Below are positions 60,622 to 64,000 of a DNA stretch of 64,000 bases, in pieces. The DNA lies in NCBI GenBank assembly GCA_012026655.1, contig JAAILG010001453.1, positions 1 to 64,000 on the forward strand, in the 5' to 3' direction. The DNA is from Hydrolagus affinis (lineage: Eukaryota). The notes below the pieces were generated by a model, which saw nothing but the letters and a program-made list of their open reading frames with translations, ran no database searches and was not told where the DNA came from. A program made the translations under genes and the position numbers. Positions within the stretch are counted from its first letter, which is position 1, and the number at the start of each line of letters is the position of its first letter.

Positions 60622-60825
60622 ATAATAATAATAATCCTTGCATTTGGTATAGCGCTTCTAGACGTCTCAAAGCGCTTCACAGAAAAAACTGTCAAGTGAA
60701 TTGACTGTATATATGTGGGCGAAACGCGGCAGCCAACTCCGCACAGCAGCATCCCCGCAGACAGTCGTGGATTGAAATGACCAATTTATTATTGTTTTAT
60801 TTGAGAGATTATTATTAGGCGCGTG

Positions 60826-60858
<33 letters not shown>

Positions 60859-60955
60859 AGTAAGGAAACTTGCCCTGAAGGTTTCACCTTGAACCTGCCT
60901 AGATTCGAATGCTTGTAAGGCGAGTTGCTCTAACCACTGAGCCACAGGACTCCAC
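60622..60955 (-). mobile_element. Full-length SINE with (TG)n
   Basis: Reverse family consensus. Confidence 0.9.
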
Positions 60956-61312
60956 AAAGATGATGCTTGTTGCAGGAATTCCACGGACTGATCATCTTGT
61001 GTAAATTGACCATGTTGTATTATTTGCTGCTGTGTCATCCGCAGTGCAGCCAAATTTAAATTTAATTGGAAGTTAAGGAAGTGATTCGATACTAAGTTAT
61101 CTCATGACTGGATCAGAGATACGTGTAGATCTGCTTCTCATTTATCTGAAATTCAGCCCTAATAAATAACAAGTACTATTACAGCTTATGAACCATGCTA
61201 TAGGTTTGCAAAACTACTGTGATACTCAAAGTATGTGAATATTACAGGGTGGTTACTCCCGCATCAAATATACATGAGAACAAAGATAATTTTCTTTGGG
61301 GCTATCTGTTTA

Positions 61313-61446
61313 NNNNNNNNNNNNNNNNNNNNNNNNNNNNNNNNNNNNNNNNNNNNNNNNNNNNNNNNNNNNNNNNNNNNNNNNNNNNNNNNNNNNNNNN
61401 NNNNNNNNNNNNNNNNNNNNNNNNNNNNNNNNNNNNNNNNNNNNNN
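61313..61446. other. Assembly gap (134 N)
   Basis: Run of N. Confidence 1.
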
Positions 61447-62944
61447 AATATTCCTGGCCCACACACTGCTTTATTCGGACAGAGATCATGAGGCAAAGTT
61501 GTCACCTAACTATCCAAATGCCAACATGGTTTTTGAAACCAGTATTGGCTAAATCCCATCTTTGGCTCTGAATAGGGGAAAAGTAATGGTTTGCAATCAC
61601 AAGCTAGTATTCAACCCTTGCAGCCCGGTAATAATAATAAAATAATAATAATTTTTGCAATTAGTTCATTCACCTCATCACGTCTTTGGGATGTTTCAAA
61701 GCTCCGCCCAGAATATACTAAAGTGAACTCGCTTTTTTAGAGGGCGAAACGCGGCCGTCAATTGCGCACCGCACTCTCCTACAAACGGTCGTGGATTGAT
61801 TGACCCAATTTTTATTTTATTGGATTTTCGACCCGGTAATGACACAAACAAACTGGTGGATTTTAATTATCATACACTATAAGTGCTGTAGTATCGTGTG
61901 AAGCTCTTGAGACATTTCAAGCCCAATATCTATCGAATTTGAAAGCCAGTCGTGGAATTAATTATTATTAATGATAATATTATTATTATTAATTGCACAT
62001 TATTTTAAATCACACACAGTGTGCGTATCGTGGGCTGGGAGATCTGAGTTTGAATCTTAAATTAACACTTGGTATTGATTGTTTCTCTAGATAATGATTT
62101 GCCAACCTTCATTGAGTCATTAGACATACAGTAGTTCCAAGTCAAAATAAGATAGGTTGGCATTGACCAAGAGGAAATACTGGCATCAGGCTTATATCTC
62201 ATAAAACATGTCTCAATTGTGTTAAGGCAGCTTGTGCATTTGCCTGTCTTCTCTAATAGAGGTCAGTGTTTTGCAGAGCAGAGGAAACAAAGGGGAGAAT
62301 GTGAGGAAAGGTGGGGGGAAATACATGAATCACAGTACGGTTAATATACACAGTGTGTTTCCTGGTTTGCTGGATACATCAGAGCCGCATGATCAACAGT
62401 AGTCATATCCTGACAATTATGATCATGATCGATCCAACGAACCACGAACATGGAAATACCGAAGTTCACCATTCACGTAAGCAAACCACCCACCTCCCAC
62501 ACACACCCGCACACACACACACCACAACCCAGTCCACCACCCCACCCAGACATTTGTGTTCCAACGTACGTTATTTCTTAATGGCCTTCTGTCACAAGGA
62601 ATCCACAGCCAGGATTTTATTTGTAAAGTTATGAGAGTTAAAGGCAGCAATAATAAGAGGCAGCTTCAGATAATAATATAATAAAAGGAACCACTTAGGG
62701 AATATTGAACTCTATTTTTACGTATTTCTTCAACCAACCATCCCAGAAAATATACATGAAGCCTAATGGCGCTATTAAAAAGAGAGATAACCAGTTTAAT
62801 TTATGACTGCTTTTGCATTTGACTGCAGGCTTGCATTGGAACTCGTTCAAGGTACCTAGTAGCAAGTATTTAAGTATTTGCATTTCAAATTACACGCACA
62901 AAGGAACACATTTGTGATGGTGGCTCTTAGCACTAACAGCTCAA

Positions 62945-63450
62945 GGAGGAACCCGGTTGTTAATCGATTGGCGGATCATTTTTTTCCGGGAATAATAATC
63001 CCATCCAAAGCTTTTTTTTACAATGCTCAGAATAATACTTTAATCACTCAATCCACGACTGTTTGCGGTTCAATGCTGTGCGTAATCGGCTGCCCCGTTT
63101 CGCTCCCAAAATATACAGTCAATTCAGTTTAGTAACAAATAATAATAATAATCCTTGAATTTGATATAGCGCTTTTCATGTCTTCTAGACGCCTCAAAGA
63201 GCTTCACAGAATATACTATAAGATTGTATATTTGTGGGCGAAACGTGGCAGCCAATTGCGCACAGCAGCATCCCCACAAATAGTCGTGGATTGAAATGAC
63301 CAATCTTTTTTATTATTGTAGTTTTTTTGGAGGGATTATTAGGCGTATGGAGTATGGAAACTTGCCCAAGGTTTCGCCCTGACCTGTCTGGATTTGAACA
63401 CAGGTCTCGCACTTGTAAGGCGAGTGCTCTAACCGCTGGGCTACAGGACA
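62945..63450. mobile_element. Adjacent convergent SINEs (62945-63130 plus, long variant; 63140-63450 minus)
   Basis: Family consensus on opposite strands. Confidence 0.87.
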
Positions 63451-64000
63451 GTGAAGCATATTCTGTGAAGCGCTTTGAGAAAACAGCCTTCAAGGTTAAG
63501 ACAGAATTCATCAATTTGCTACGTTAATAGAATAAATCTAGACCTCGATGGAATTTTTGCCCCAGGAATGTGGTAGGGGTAATGTGAGCTCTTTAACACT
63601 CAGAGAGGTAAACGCTAAAACCAAAGGCTTAGAAAGTCAAAGAGCCATTTGATTTTTTTCTACTCCATCTTCTTCTGATTTTCAGGGCTACCGCATACGA
63701 GGCTTTGAATAAGAACGTAGTAATATCTGGAGATTTTGACCATGTGTACCAAGGTGCTTCTGATGTATCTGACAAGAGGTGATATCAAGCTCTCGAGTGC
63801 CACAGTGAGAAAGGACTTTAGGAGCAATGAACAGCAACGCTCGAAGGCCAGATTTAACAATCAGCTCTTTTACGGGCTGCGATCAGATGTTCCAAGTTTT
63901 AGAAACTTAAGAGCGCAACTGAAGTAGCTGTTTCGAAACAGTCAGCAACTGTTCACAGATAGCATGAGAAAAGAAAAAATCTCGCAAATTGGTGTTAATA

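Noticed and set aside
61630-61830. Unusually diverged SINE suggesting a distinct subfamily
   Set aside because: It lies next to the N gap, so low-quality contig-end sequence is a simpler explanation
2975-63450. CRISPR-like or regularly spaced repeat system
   Set aside because: The repeats are ~300-bp dispersed SINEs on both strands with irregular spacing in eukaryotic DNA
63685-63930. Possible exon or LINE endonuclease fragment (ttttcag acceptor; NVVISGDFDH resembles the GDFN motif)
   Set aside because: Stops nearby and only one short motif; too weak to call
24000-64000. FGFR2 or other coding exons downstream of WDR11
   Set aside because: No kinase- or Ig-like peptide and no spliceable exon series recognised on either strand

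Overview
Eukaryotic (vertebrate) genomic DNA. The repeat content (Deu-domain SINEs, CR1 and L2 LINE fragments) suggests a cartilaginous fish, possibly a chimaera; the species call is an inference. Bases 1066-23081 (+) hold the 3' part of WDR11 as 18 coding exons. These splice into one open frame of 2119 nt (1 carry-over nt plus 706 codons including the TGA). They correspond to exons 12-29 in human numbering, which I recalled from memory. One intron is GC-AG and the last intron is a U12-type AT-AC intron. The remaining ~41 kb has no recognisable coding exons and is probably the start of the WDR11-FGFR2 gene desert. It is densely filled by one tRNA-derived SINE family (roughly 50 copies or fragments by eye), plus older Deu-SINE, L2 and CR1 relics, and has one N gap. 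Nearly all ORF-track entries are SINE, LINE or chance translations. I found no convincing new multi-gene system. The best oddities are a decayed duplicate of exon 20, a SINE plus 179-bp flank duplicated across 19 kb that ends just before the U12 branch point, a possibly chimeric CORE-like/Deu SINE with two length variants, a MER6-like MITE, a templated inverted insertion, an unexplained 31-bp inverted repeat and a strong CTCF-like site. Repeat boundaries are approximate.
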